DNA of 48,740 bases from a virus. Of the stretch, positions 39,993-48,740 are shown piece after piece. The translations under genes and the position numbers were made by a program. The stretch's first letter is position 1. Each line of letters opens with the position of its first letter. The notes under the pieces were generated by a model that was not told where the DNA came from, did not search any database, and saw only the letters and a program-made list of their open reading frames with translations. Location of the stretch: the IMG/VR virus record IMGVR_UViG_3300034025_000003. One strand, written 5' to 3'.

Positions 39993-40523
39993 ATGGCACG
40001 TCAAATTATCGATACCACTACAGGTGCCGGAGATACCGGGCAGTCAGGTGGTAATAAAATCAATCTCAACTTCGTTGAGTTGTACCCCCTGCTCGCTCGG
40101 CCGCGTTTGGTCGCGATGCGCTTTGGCAACACAGCGTTCCAAAACAACGGCGCAGGCTTCATAACCTTGCAGATCAACGCGACCGTCATCGATACGGCGA
40201 ATGCGTTTAACACGGCAACGTGGATATACACAGTGCCTGAGACAGGAGTTTACGAGGTTAACGCGAAAGTGCGACTGGCAGACGCTACCCCGGCAGGCAT
40301 CTCTTACGGCCTTGGCATCGACACCTCCAACGTGGACAGCGCGGGCTTCTTCTGGGGCGTAACCAACGCGAACAATCTAGGCACTGGCAACCGGCAGGGC
40401 TTGTTCAACAGCCGCATCATGGCGTTGAACGCAGGAGATCCTCTGCGTGCGTTCACCTACGTGGATAATCCCAGTGCTGTCGGTGTGATTGCCGCCGAAC
40501 TTAGCTGCTATCGGCTCGGTTGA
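39993..40523 (+). CDS. Tail fibre protein (C1q/TNF-like distal domain)
   Basis: N-terminus TGAGDTGQSGGNKINLNFVELY and C-terminus YTVPETGVYEVNAKVRL... are typical of short phage fibres. Confidence 0.55.
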   Translation: MARQIIDTTTGAGDTGQSGGNKINLNFVELYPLLARPRLVAMRFGNTAFQNNGAGFITLQINATVIDTANAFNTATWIYTVPETGVYEVNAKVRLADATPAGISYGLGIDTSNVDSAGFFWGVTNANNLGTGNRQGLFNSRIMALNAGDPLRAFTYVDNPSAVGVIAAELSCYRLG

Positions 40524-40978
40524 TGGCTGAAATTGGAGCATCAATCCCACAAGCGCTTCTTGACGCGATAGCAGCTATGCCTCAGCCTGCGACAGGCGCT
40601 CCACCGGCTGTTCAGGTCGACAGCAGCAAAGGCACAATGCCTCGATTTGCTTTGGAAGATCACACACACGAAAGTCGTCTGCAAGCACGCCGTATTCAGG
40701 TCACGCCCGACGCGAACGGGCGATATGTCTACACGTTCCCGCGCACCTACGTCGGCATTATTCCCATCGTCAATGTCACAGCAGAAACTCCGACTGGCGT
40801 AACTTATCGCAACGATTCTTCGATTTTGGAGGGAGCAACTACAGCTTCACAAACTACCATCATTGTGAACCGTGTTGCACAATCGCAAACAGTGAGTGTT
40901 CTTGGCGCAACTCTTACGCTATTTCAACCGGTGACGACACCAGTGTGGATCAATATAATGTCTCGCGCTCCTTCGTGA
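40520..40978 (+). CDS. Tail-fibre-related protein
   Basis: SSKGTMPRFALEDHTHE resembles the G-x-S-x-x-(F/Y)-AR-x-DH-x-H fibre motif. Confidence 0.5.
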   Translation: MMAEIGASIPQALLDAIAAMPQPATGAPPAVQVDSSKGTMPRFALEDHTHESRLQARRIQVTPDANGRYVYTFPRTYVGIIPIVNVTAETPTGVTYRNDSSILEGATTASQTTIIVNRVAQSQTVSVLGATLTLFQPVTTPVWINIMSRAPS

Positions 40979-41010
40979 TTAATCGACGTACTCTTAGGAA
41001 TTAACCAAAC

Positions 41011-42729
41011 ATGGCTCTTACTTTTTCTTCAATCGCAAACTTTTTTCTTGGTTCGGCTGCTGGTGCCGTTAACAACAACTTCCAGAAAGTTAAAGATGAA
41101 TTCATGAAGGTTCTGTACCGAGATGGCACTTTGCCCATGCTCGGTAACCTCGACATGAATTCTAACAAGCTTATTAACGTCGGCGAAGCAACAAGCAACA
41201 CTCAGGCCCCGAATCTCGGACAGGTGAAAAATTTGATCTCTGGCGGAGTCGTTGGTGGTGGCACTGGCGCAGCGTCAAATCTAACTGTAAAGCAAAACGG
41301 AACAACTGTCGTGTCCTCGACAGACACGTTGAATTTTGTCGGAGCTACAGTGACTGGCAATGCCGGAACTGCAACAGTGACTGTAACTGGTGGCGCAACT
41401 ACCACGTTTAACGACAGTCGAGACTACGGCGCTAAGTTCGATGGCGTTACTGATGATTCAGCTGCTCTTCTCGCGCAGTACGCAGCTAATACTCAGCTAG
41501 AAAACCAGAAGGGCGGCATTAGCGTTATTCCGGCTGGGACTACTCGAACAAGTCAGCCCATGCGTCTTGGCACCTATTCGATCATAGAAGGTAAGGGGCC
41601 AAGAGTAAGCGTTTACGAAAAGGCAGCTGGTGCTCCGGCCATTGCCTGTTTTCAGAGGGCAGACGGAGCCCAATGGGGTCGATCAAAACTAAAGGGTATC
41701 GGCATCCGAGGATACTCTACCGGCATTGCAGTAACTGACGACACAGACGGCAATGATTTTGAAGACTTAGATATCTCCGGTTGCGGCATTGGCATTGGTG
41801 TTAGCGGAATGTGGCAGACGTCTCATCTTGATCGAGTCGTCGTCCGTAACGGAGAAAAGGGTTTTGTCTGCACAAATCTCATTGCAAATGCGATGCGATT
41901 CACTAAGACTGAAACTCTCGATTTGTCAGACACGCATATTCAGCTTGGAGGCGCAGAAGACTTTGTCCTCGCCAGTCACCGTTTCGAAGCTGGCGGCATC
42001 ATCGGTAAGTACACGACAGATTTGAGTGCTTGTCGTAATCTTGCTTTCGATGGCGGCTACATGGAAGGAACTCACGAGTTCGCGGCCAAGATTCGGCAAT
42101 CTCGATCCATCCAGTTCTCAAAGTTCCACTTTACAGGTACTGGCGCAGCCGCAGGCGGCGGAGTTCAGCCTTACAAGTGGGATACAGACGGAGCAGGAAC
42201 GCTAGAGTTTCATCGCTGTCATGCATTCGTTCCAATGCGAGTTCCGGCTTACTCGACAATTTCAGGCGGAAACAACTGGAACATTATTCCTTGCGTCTTT
42301 AGTGGAGTGATTCCAATCATTCCTCGACAACCTCCGGCTGACAATTCGATTCTTCTCCGGCTTACGCGCCCCAACACAACCTCCCCTACTACAAACACTA
42401 CTGAATTCTGGGGAGAGATGAATCTTAACGTTCTTCGTATTTACACAGACGGAACGGTAGAGCCTGTAAAGCGGACTTTCCGGGTTAACGCAGAAGCTGT
42501 CGGCGGAAATATCGGCGGCACAGTTACTGTCGTTGAAACGAATGGTGTCGCACCCGGTGTGACTATTGCTTGTCAAGCTATCGACGCAGCAATTCTTGCT
42601 ATCCGATTGGTCCTTCCTGCTGGATACCTTGCCGGTAGTTCTAAGGTTGTCGCAGGAGGTTCGATGACTTGGAATCAGGTGTCTTCGATTGACCAGAATC
42701 TATTCGGTCTTGCTCTTGAGTACGGTTAA
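41011..42729 (+). CDS. Tailspike with a pectate-lyase-like beta-helix (putative depolymerase)
   Basis: Fibre-type N-terminus (LGNLDMNSNKLINVGEATSNTQAPNLGQV) followed by FNDSRDYGAKFDGVTDDSAALLAQ, which is characteristic of Pectate_lyase_3 spikes. Confidence 0.7.
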   Translation: MALTFSSIANFFLGSAAGAVNNNFQKVKDEFMKVLYRDGTLPMLGNLDMNSNKLINVGEATSNTQAPNLGQVKNLISGGVVGGGTGAASNLTVKQNGTTVVSSTDTLNFVGATVTGNAGTATVTVTGGATTTFNDSRDYGAKFDGVTDDSAALLAQYAANTQLENQKGGISVIPAGTTRTSQPMRLGTYSIIEGKGPRVSVYEKAAGAPAIACFQRADGAQWGRSKLKGIGIRGYSTGIAVTDDTDGNDFEDLDISGCGIGIGVSGMWQTSHLDRVVVRNGEKGFVCTNLIANAMRFTKTETLDLSDTHIQLGGAEDFVLASHRFEAGGIIGKYTTDLSACRNLAFDGGYMEGTHEFAAKIRQSRSIQFSKFHFTGTGAAAGGGVQPYKWDTDGAGTLEFHRCHAFVPMRVPAYSTISGGNNWNIIPCVFSGVIPIIPRQPPADNSILLRLTRPNTTSPTTNTTEFWGEMNLNVLRIYTDGTVEPVKRTFRVNAEAVGGNIGGTVTVVETNGVAPGVTIACQAIDAAILAIRLVLPAGYLAGSSKVVAGGSMTWNQVSSIDQNLFGLALEYG

Positions 42730-42732
42730 TAG

Positions 42733-44277
42733 ATGACTATTGAAGAAATCAGGGCAGCAGCGGAGGCGGACCTCGAAACTTTTATCCGTCTCGTTGCCCC
42801 TTACCAAGTTATTGGGGGTGTGCATTCAGATTGGTGTCGTTGGACTACTTCAAAGAAGTCAGGCGATCACCAACTGACACTTCTCCCTCGAGATCACGGT
42901 AAAAGCAGATACATCGCTTTTAAAGTTGCTTGGTACATCGTTAAGCGACCCGACATTCGAATTCTTTACATTAGTTCGACTTCAGGTCTTGCTGAAAAAC
43001 AGCTAGGTTTCATTAAACAAATTATCACGTCCAACATCGTTCGTCGATATTGGCCTGAACTTCTTCACGTAGATGAAGGTAAGAGAGAGAAGTGGACGAA
43101 CACTGAAATCTCTGTCGATCATCCGATAAGAAAGCTCGAGGGTATTCGTGATCCAACCGTGTTTACAGGTGGGTTAACAACGAACCTTGTCGGCATGCAC
43201 TGTGACGTAGCAGTCTTGGACGACGTTGTAACAGGAGACAATGCCTATACGCAAGAAGGAAGAGATCGCGTACGTACCCAATACAGTCTCTTGTCTTCTA
43301 TCGAAGGTGGCGAAGCTGAAGAATGGGTCGTAGGAACTCGTTATCATCCGAAGGATTTGTACAGTGAAATGCTCTCTATGCAAGAGGACGTTTACGACGA
43401 CCGAGGGGAGGTGATCGATTCTACCGAGATTTATCAAACGTTTGAACGTGCGGTTGAAGACTCGGGAGACGGGAACGGAGAATTTCTCTGGCCTCGTCAG
43501 CAACGCAACGATGGCAAGTGGTTCGGTTTCGACGCTCAGATTCTAGCCCGAAAGCGTGGCAAGTATCTCGATCGAACTGCTTTCTACGCTCAGTACTACA
43601 ACAATCCTAATTCATCAGAGAACGGTGGAATAGACCGCTCGAAGTTTCAGTACTACGAACCGATGCATCTTCGTCGGGAAGGTGAAACTTGGTACATGAA
43701 AGATCGAAAGCTAAATGTTTACGCTTCTGTCGACTTCGCCTACAGTATCGGAAAGAGAAGCGATTATACGGCAATTGCTGTTATCGGAGTTGACAGAGAA
43801 CGAAATATCTACGTTCTCGAGATTGACCGATTTCGAACAGATAGGATTAGTGACTACTTTGAACACATTCGGAATCTCTACGTAAAGTGGGGCTTCCGAA
43901 AGCTTGGCGCAGAAGTTACGGCAGCTCAGAAAGCTATCGTTAAAGAACTTAAAGAAGGCTACTTCAAACCCCACGGCCTCTACCTATCAGTTGAAGAATT
44001 AGCGCCGACTAGCAAGTCTGGTTCTAAGCAAGAGCGGATGGCGGCAGTTCTTGAACCTCGTTACGACAACATGGCTGTCTGGCACTACAGAGGCGGCAAC
44101 TGTCAAACGTTAGAGGACGAACTTTCTTTAGCGCATCCACCGCACGACGATTGCATGGATAGTCTTTCGTGCGCTATCAGCATCAGCGTCCCGCCTGTCG
44201 GTATGATGGGAAAAGATAGTGGACGTCATCTTCGACTTATACCGAATTCCCGATTTGGAGGACTAGGCTCTGCCTAA
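42733..44277 (+). CDS. terL: Terminase large subunit
   Basis: Walker A-like LLPRDHGKS, Walker B VAVLDDVV, and nuclease acidic residues (VDFAYS, DYTAIAV, HDDCMDS). Confidence 0.9.
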   Translation: MTIEEIRAAAEADLETFIRLVAPYQVIGGVHSDWCRWTTSKKSGDHQLTLLPRDHGKSRYIAFKVAWYIVKRPDIRILYISSTSGLAEKQLGFIKQIITSNIVRRYWPELLHVDEGKREKWTNTEISVDHPIRKLEGIRDPTVFTGGLTTNLVGMHCDVAVLDDVVTGDNAYTQEGRDRVRTQYSLLSSIEGGEAEEWVVGTRYHPKDLYSEMLSMQEDVYDDRGEVIDSTEIYQTFERAVEDSGDGNGEFLWPRQQRNDGKWFGFDAQILARKRGKYLDRTAFYAQYYNNPNSSENGGIDRSKFQYYEPMHLRREGETWYMKDRKLNVYASVDFAYSIGKRSDYTAIAVIGVDRERNIYVLEIDRFRTDRISDYFEHIRNLYVKWGFRKLGAEVTAAQKAIVKELKEGYFKPHGLYLSVEELAPTSKSGSKQERMAAVLEPRYDNMAVWHYRGGNCQTLEDELSLAHPPHDDCMDSLSCAISISVPPVGMMGKDSGRHLRLIPNSRFGGLGSA

Positions 44278-44293
44278 AGTAACTTACAGAACG

Positions 44294-44506
44294 ATGGCAA
44301 TCAATCGTCCGCTTGTGCTAAGGCGTGGCATTGAAGGCGAAATCGAAAGCAATCAAATGAACGCTTATCTAAACGAGTGGGTAGTTTTTAAGCTTCCGCT
44401 GTCTGAAGGATCGTTCGGTGAACTACGAATGCCGATAGAAGATGCTTTGGAGCAAGGTCTAGTGATCGCTGCCGATAAGCTCGAATCTTATGAGGACGAT
44501 CAATAG
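44294..44506 (+). CDS. Hypothetical protein
   Basis: 70-aa ORF between the terminase and portal genes. Confidence 0.5.
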   Translation: MAINRPLVLRRGIEGEIESNQMNAYLNEWVVFKLPLSEGSFGELRMPIEDALEQGLVIAADKLESYEDDQ

Positions 44507-46323
44507 TGGCTGGCGACATTACGCTTGAAAATTTCATTGACGCAGATTTGACTGCATCTGAAATCGCGAATAAATATCAGACGTGGGAAAATCTTCGGTC
44601 TACGTGGCTAGACGAAAAGAAAGAGATTCAAGAGTACATCTTTGCGACCGATACTTCTACGACTACAAACGCTGTTCTACCGTGGAAGAATCGAACTCAC
44701 ATCCCTAAGCTTTGTCAGATTCGAGACAATCTTCACGCAAACTACATGGCTACGCTGTTCCCGAACGATGAAAGCTTTGTTTGGGAAGGAGATGACACTA
44801 ACTCTGAGACTCGTGAAAAGCGTAAAGTCATTCAGAGTTACATGTCGAACAAGTTGAAGCAAAGCGGATTTATGACAGAAGTCAGCCGTCTTGTTCTCGA
44901 CTACATCGATTACGGCAACGTCTTTGCAATGCCAGTGTTCGAAGCTTCTTACAAGAAAGACCCGGTGACAGGGGAGAACGTTCCGACTTACATCGGACCT
45001 CGGATTAAACGCGTTGCTCCTGAAGATATCGTATTTGATCCGACAGCTAACACGTTTGATGAAGCTCCTAAGATCGTGCGAGAACTGCGTACTTTAGGTG
45101 GTCTAAAGAAAGATATTCTAACTAAGCCTGAACTCGCATACGAAGAAGAGATTTTTAAGAAGGTCACTGACTTAAGGGCGCGATTTGCGGCTCACAGTGC
45201 TGGCGACTTTGCAAAAAACTCGACTTTCCAAATGGCCGGTTTCACAGGATTCTGGGAATACTTCAACAGTGACTACGTAGAGATTCTAAACTTCTACGGA
45301 GATTTCTACGATCGAGAGACAAACGAACTTTACGAGAATTACCTCATAAGCGTCGTCGATCGATCGTTCATTATTCGTAAGCAGCCTCTTTCGAACTGGA
45401 CAGGTTCGCCTGCGATACGTCACAGTGGATGGAGAATTCGACAGAACAATCTTTACGCAATGGGACCGCTAGATAATCTCATTGGTCTACAGTATCGTAT
45501 CGATCACCTTGAGAACGCCAAGGCTGATGCCTTTGATTTGATCGTTCATCCAGTAATGAAGATCACTGGCTCGGTGGAAGATTTCGAATACGGACCGGGT
45601 GAACGTATCTACGTCTCACAAGATGACGGTGACGTATCTTTTATGGCACCTGACACAACCTTCCTTAACGCGGACACGCAGATTGCGATGTACGAAAACA
45701 AGATGGAGGAAATGGCAGGCGCACCTAAGCAGGCTGTGGGATTCCGAACTCCGGGTGAGAAGACAGCGTACGAAGTTCAAGTTCTAGAGAATGGCGCTAA
45801 CCGAGTCTTTATCAACAAGATCAGTTATTTCGAAGAGATTTTTCTCGAGCCTCTTTTGAACGACATGCTTGAACTAGCTCGCCGTAATCTCGATGAAAGT
45901 GACGTTATTCGTGTTCTTGATGATGAAACACAAGCCGTTACGTTTCAGACAATCACTCGGCAAGATATCGTAGCTCGCGGAAAGATTCGTCCTATCGGAG
46001 CTCGTCATTTTGCCCAGAACGCTACAATCGTTCAGAATTTGACACAGTTCAGCAACAGCAACTTGGCTAAGGACCCGCTAATCATGAACCACGTAAGTGG
46101 TGAGCGATTGGCTATGGCCCTTGAAACTTTGTTGGGTCTCGACAAGTACAAGCTTATTCAGAAGAACATTCGTTTGTACGAACAGGCTGATATGCAGAAC
46201 ACAGTTTCGTCTTTGCAGCAAGCAGTCATGGAACAACAGACGGCAGGAATGCCACCTGAACAAGCGGCTCAAGTTGCAGGAGCAGCTGCGCAACAACAAG
46301 TTGAAGGACAACAGCCAGCATGA
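44506..46323 (+). CDS. Portal protein
   Basis: 605 aa, located between TerL and scaffold/capsid. GTG start 9 nt after GAGGA. Gln/Ala-rich C-terminal tail. Confidence 0.75.
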   Translation: MAGDITLENFIDADLTASEIANKYQTWENLRSTWLDEKKEIQEYIFATDTSTTTNAVLPWKNRTHIPKLCQIRDNLHANYMATLFPNDESFVWEGDDTNSETREKRKVIQSYMSNKLKQSGFMTEVSRLVLDYIDYGNVFAMPVFEASYKKDPVTGENVPTYIGPRIKRVAPEDIVFDPTANTFDEAPKIVRELRTLGGLKKDILTKPELAYEEEIFKKVTDLRARFAAHSAGDFAKNSTFQMAGFTGFWEYFNSDYVEILNFYGDFYDRETNELYENYLISVVDRSFIIRKQPLSNWTGSPAIRHSGWRIRQNNLYAMGPLDNLIGLQYRIDHLENAKADAFDLIVHPVMKITGSVEDFEYGPGERIYVSQDDGDVSFMAPDTTFLNADTQIAMYENKMEEMAGAPKQAVGFRTPGEKTAYEVQVLENGANRVFINKISYFEEIFLEPLLNDMLELARRNLDESDVIRVLDDETQAVTFQTITRQDIVARGKIRPIGARHFAQNATIVQNLTQFSNSNLAKDPLIMNHVSGERLAMALETLLGLDKYKLIQKNIRLYEQADMQNTVSSLQQAVMEQQTAGMPPEQAAQVAGAAAQQQVEGQQPA

Positions 46324-46574
46324 AAGCTGAGTGGCTAGGTAATCTTAAGGGAGAGGATAGAGAGAATTTTAAGAATTCTATCCTCTCATCGAAAATAGTT
46401 CTTGACAAACTAAATGAAATAGTGTATAATATGTATAAGAAGGAAGAATCTGTGTCTACTGCAGATTACGATTCACCTTCGTGGTCTCATAAGCAAGCCC
46501 ATACAAACGGCAGGCGTGAGGCTTTAAAGCAAATTCTTGATCTTATAACATTAGAAAGCCCAAACCTTGGCTGA
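46320..46574 (+). CDS. Hypothetical protein (contains an embedded promoter)
   Basis: 84-aa ORF with an ATGA overlap onto the portal stop. Confidence 0.5.
   Translation: MKAEWLGNLKGEDRENFKNSILSSKIVLDKLNEIVYNMYKKEESVSTADYDSPSWSHKQAHTNGRREALKQILDLITLESPNLG
46402..46430 (+). promoter_or_regulatory. Consensus sigma70-type promoter embedded in a CDS, upstream of scaffold and capsid
   Basis: TCTTGACA-AACTAAATGAAATAGTG-TATAAT, a 17-nt spacer with a TGn extended -10. Confidence 0.65.
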
Positions 46575-47283
46575 TATTTTTGGCTCCGAACAAATTGAGC
46601 CCACCCCTGACGAATCGACCATCACCCTCGCTACCCTTGTGGGAGAAGGTCAAAAGTACAAGAGTCCTGATGAACTGGCAAAGGCGTACGCTAACGCAGA
46701 CGCTTACATCGCAACTTTGAAGGCAAAGGAAGCCGAACGAGAAGCGGAACTAAAGGTTCTTCGAGACTTGGCCGAGGCACGGCAGAAGCAGACGACTCCC
46801 CCCGAACAGATTCAGCAGCCTACGCACGAACAGCGTGAGCCTGCTATTCCTAAGGCTGAAGTTGATATCTCTGAGCTTGTGCGACAGGAACTATCGAATG
46901 CTTCGGAGACGAAGCGTCGGAACGACAACATTAGTGCAGCAGCAGAAACGATGAACAAGTTCTTCGGCTCTCCTTCTAAAGCACAAGAAGCAATTCGAAA
47001 CAAGGCGTCCGAGCTTGGTGTTTCCTTCGATTGGTTGAAGGATGCCGCCGCCCAGAGTCCTTCCGCGTTTTATGCCACAATGGGCATTAGCGGAGAGCCT
47101 CGAAGCAACTCAACGCCGGGATACCAGCCTGAAGTTCGTCCAACTAGTAACAACAACGGTCAAAAGAACTTCAAGTATTTCGAAGAAATTCGTAAGTCTA
47201 GTCCGAAGCTTTATCATTCCTCCGAGGTTCAGAAGCAACTGTTCGCCGCTCGACGAGAGCTTGGCGACAAGTTTTACAGCTAA
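46567..47283 (+). CDS. Scaffolding protein
   Basis: 238 aa, helical and charged (LVGEGQKYKSPDELAKAYANADAYIATLKAKEAE...), located immediately before the capsid gene. TTG start. Confidence 0.7.
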   Translation: MADIFGSEQIEPTPDESTITLATLVGEGQKYKSPDELAKAYANADAYIATLKAKEAEREAELKVLRDLAEARQKQTTPPEQIQQPTHEQREPAIPKAEVDISELVRQELSNASETKRRNDNISAAAETMNKFFGSPSKAQEAIRNKASELGVSFDWLKDAAAQSPSAFYATMGISGEPRSNSTPGYQPEVRPTSNNNGQKNFKYFEEIRKSSPKLYHSSEVQKQLFAARRELGDKFYS

Positions 47284-47300
47284 CCTAAGGAATAACGCAA

Positions 47301-48290
47301 ATGCCTGGTATGGCAACTATTAACTCTGACGTTCTGATTCGTTCGGAAGTTTGGTCGGAGCAGCTCAAGAACACTCTTGAGGAAAATCTCGAGTCCATGA
47401 AGTACGTCAACTGGATTGACTTCAAGGACGGCACAATTCTAACTATCCCGTCTATCGGTGATCTGGATGCCTACGACTACGTCGAAGACACCGCCATCGA
47501 GTACACGCCTATGGCGCTCGGTGAGTTCCAGTTCAGCGTTAATCAGTACAAGGCATCGGCCACCTACATTACGATGAAGGCTCGGCAGGACTTGCACTAC
47601 GCTGCCCAGCTTGAAGCTGCGTTCTTGCCGAAGGAAGAGCGAGCAATCATGGTTGGCGTCGAGAATCACATTCTCAAGCAGGGTCAGCCCGGTACGCCTA
47701 ACGGTCAAACGGCAGGTAACGCTAACCGAATTAACGGCGCAGATCACCGCTGGGTAGGTCTCGATACGACCAACAACAGTGCCGGTACTCCGGTTCGTGC
47801 GCTTGGTATGCGAGACTTCGCAAAGGCTCGGTTCGCTCTGAAGAAGGCTAACGTTCCGGATAACAACCTGATTGCGATGGTTGATCCTTCGTTTGAGTAC
47901 TACTTTAATACTCAGGCAGGCTTCCTGAATGTTAACTTCAATCCGCAGTATGAAGGCATCGTCTCTAAGGGCGTTGCGTCGGGAATGCGTTTCCTAGCGA
48001 ACATCTACGGCTTCGACGTTTATATGTCGAACTATCTGCCGACACTCGCAGCCTCGGAAACCATCAACACTGTGGCTTCTGGTCCTAACAGTGTAGCCAA
48101 CCTGTTCTTCAGCGCAGACGCGACTGTTAAACCTTGGGTTGGCGCATGGCGTCAGATGCCTAAGGTCGACGGCGAGTTCAATAAGGACTTCCAGCGTGAA
48201 GAGTACGTAACGACTGCTCGTTACGACGCAGCTCTTTACCGTCCTGAGAACTTCATCAGCGTTCTGAGCCAGACCGACATCGTCGTCTAA
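47301..48290 (+). CDS. Major capsid protein
   Basis: 329 aa with an AAGGA RBS. Its position after portal and scaffold, and its size and composition, are typical of T7-like HK97-fold capsid proteins. Confidence 0.8.
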   Translation: MPGMATINSDVLIRSEVWSEQLKNTLEENLESMKYVNWIDFKDGTILTIPSIGDLDAYDYVEDTAIEYTPMALGEFQFSVNQYKASATYITMKARQDLHYAAQLEAAFLPKEERAIMVGVENHILKQGQPGTPNGQTAGNANRINGADHRWVGLDTTNNSAGTPVRALGMRDFAKARFALKKANVPDNNLIAMVDPSFEYYFNTQAGFLNVNFNPQYEGIVSKGVASGMRFLANIYGFDVYMSNYLPTLAASETINTVASGPNSVANLFFSADATVKPWVGAWRQMPKVDGEFNKDFQREEYVTTARYDAALYRPENFISVLSQTDIVV

Positions 48291-48316
48291 GACCTAATCG
48301 AAAAGGAAACAATAAT

Positions 48317-48740
48317 ATGGCAGCAGTAGATTGGGTGAATAGCGACGGTCTAATCGTACGCTTCGGCCCTAATCAGGGCATTCGTGGTGCACGCGCAGGC
48401 GTCACTATGGGTGCAGGCAAGCATCGTGAACTAGTACTCACGGTTGATCTTGCAGGTCCGGCAGGTACTCGTTACACGGCAGACCTTAACAACGACGGCG
48501 TAAACGAAGCTTTTGCTCCGGCTAACGGTTCGGGCCTCGATACGCCCATTCCTGCGGGCGCTGTAATTACCAGCCAGCGAGTTCGTACTCTCGTTGCTCC
48601 GGCAGGTGGTACGAGCTTTACGATTGGTACGTATCTGGCTAACGGTACGGCAGACAACGCTACGGGTATCCGTACGGCAGCGGGCACTGACGGTGCTCAG
48701 GTAGGCACTCAGCTTGCTGCCGCTCGTTTCGCGGGTGTTA
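48317..48740 (+). CDS. N-terminal part of the wrap-around capsid-associated (decoration-like) protein; continues at 128..186
   Basis: ATG is preceded by AAAGGAAAC. The frame is still open at the window end and is in phase with the TAA at 184-186 once the 127-bp duplication is collapsed. Confidence 0.6.
   Translation, partial: MAAVDWVNSDGLIVRFGPNQGIRGARAGVTMGAGKHRELVLTVDLAGPAGTRYTADLNNDGVNEAFAPANGSGLDTPIPAGAVITSQRVRTLVAPAGGTSFTIGTYLANGTADNATGIRTAAGTDGAQVGTQLAAARFAGV
48614..48740. repeat. 127-bp exact copy of 1..127
   Basis: Direct comparison of the two window ends. Confidence 0.95.

Noticed and set aside
1-48740. Stop-codon reassignment as an explanation for the ORF-free 1.2-kb region and the polymerase TGA
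   Set aside because: TGA, TAA and TAG all terminate well-supported genes at positions consistent with homologue lengths throughout the genome, so a recoded genetic code is not supported.
1-48740. Prophage or mobile-element features (integrase, att sites, transposase), CRISPR arrays, tRNA genes, phage-encoded RNA polymerase
   Set aside because: No ORF shows tyrosine or serine recombinase, transposase or single-subunit RNAP motifs. No spaced direct-repeat array or tRNA-like sequence was seen. The genome looks strictly lytic and dependent on host RNA polymerase.

Overview
The window is a complete, circularly assembled dsDNA phage genome of about 48.6 kb. Bases 1-127 repeat 48614-48740 exactly, and one gene runs across that junction. 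It has a podovirus-like layout.

The plus-strand late module runs from 37.9 kb, through the junction, to 14.0 kb. In order it holds a TerS-like ORF and an HNH-like ORF, four or five tail-fibre/tailspike genes, TerL, portal, scaffold and major capsid. Then come a decoration-like gene, tail tubular A and B-like genes, three internal virion proteins (one of 1720 aa with an ART-like domain), a GH108 endolysin and a 3-TM holin.

The minus-strand early module (36.5 to 14.0 kb) carries a T7-like replisome: primase-helicase, family-A DNA polymerase, gp2.5-like SSB, endonuclease I and a Cas4-like nuclease. It also encodes a class II RNR, a metallophosphoesterase and many tiny ORFs.

I found no integrase, phage RNA polymerase, tRNA or CRISPR array. 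Transcription appears to use near-perfect sigma70-type promoters (TTGACA-N17-TATAAT).

Three features stand out:
- A 10-kb accessory island (about 25-35.3 kb) contains an ATP-grasp ligase, two glutamine-synthetase-like amidoligases and class I and II amidotransferases. Interleaved with them are three 'CCG-motif' paralogues and a family of small proteins that all end in ...[IV]E[DN]WRL-stop. There are ten such proteins in the genome; eight lie in this island and two flank the primase-helicase gene just outside it.
- A 1.2-kb ORF-free, highly structured transcribed region lies between divergent promoters.
- The DNA polymerase has its Exo I motif upstream of any canonical start codon.
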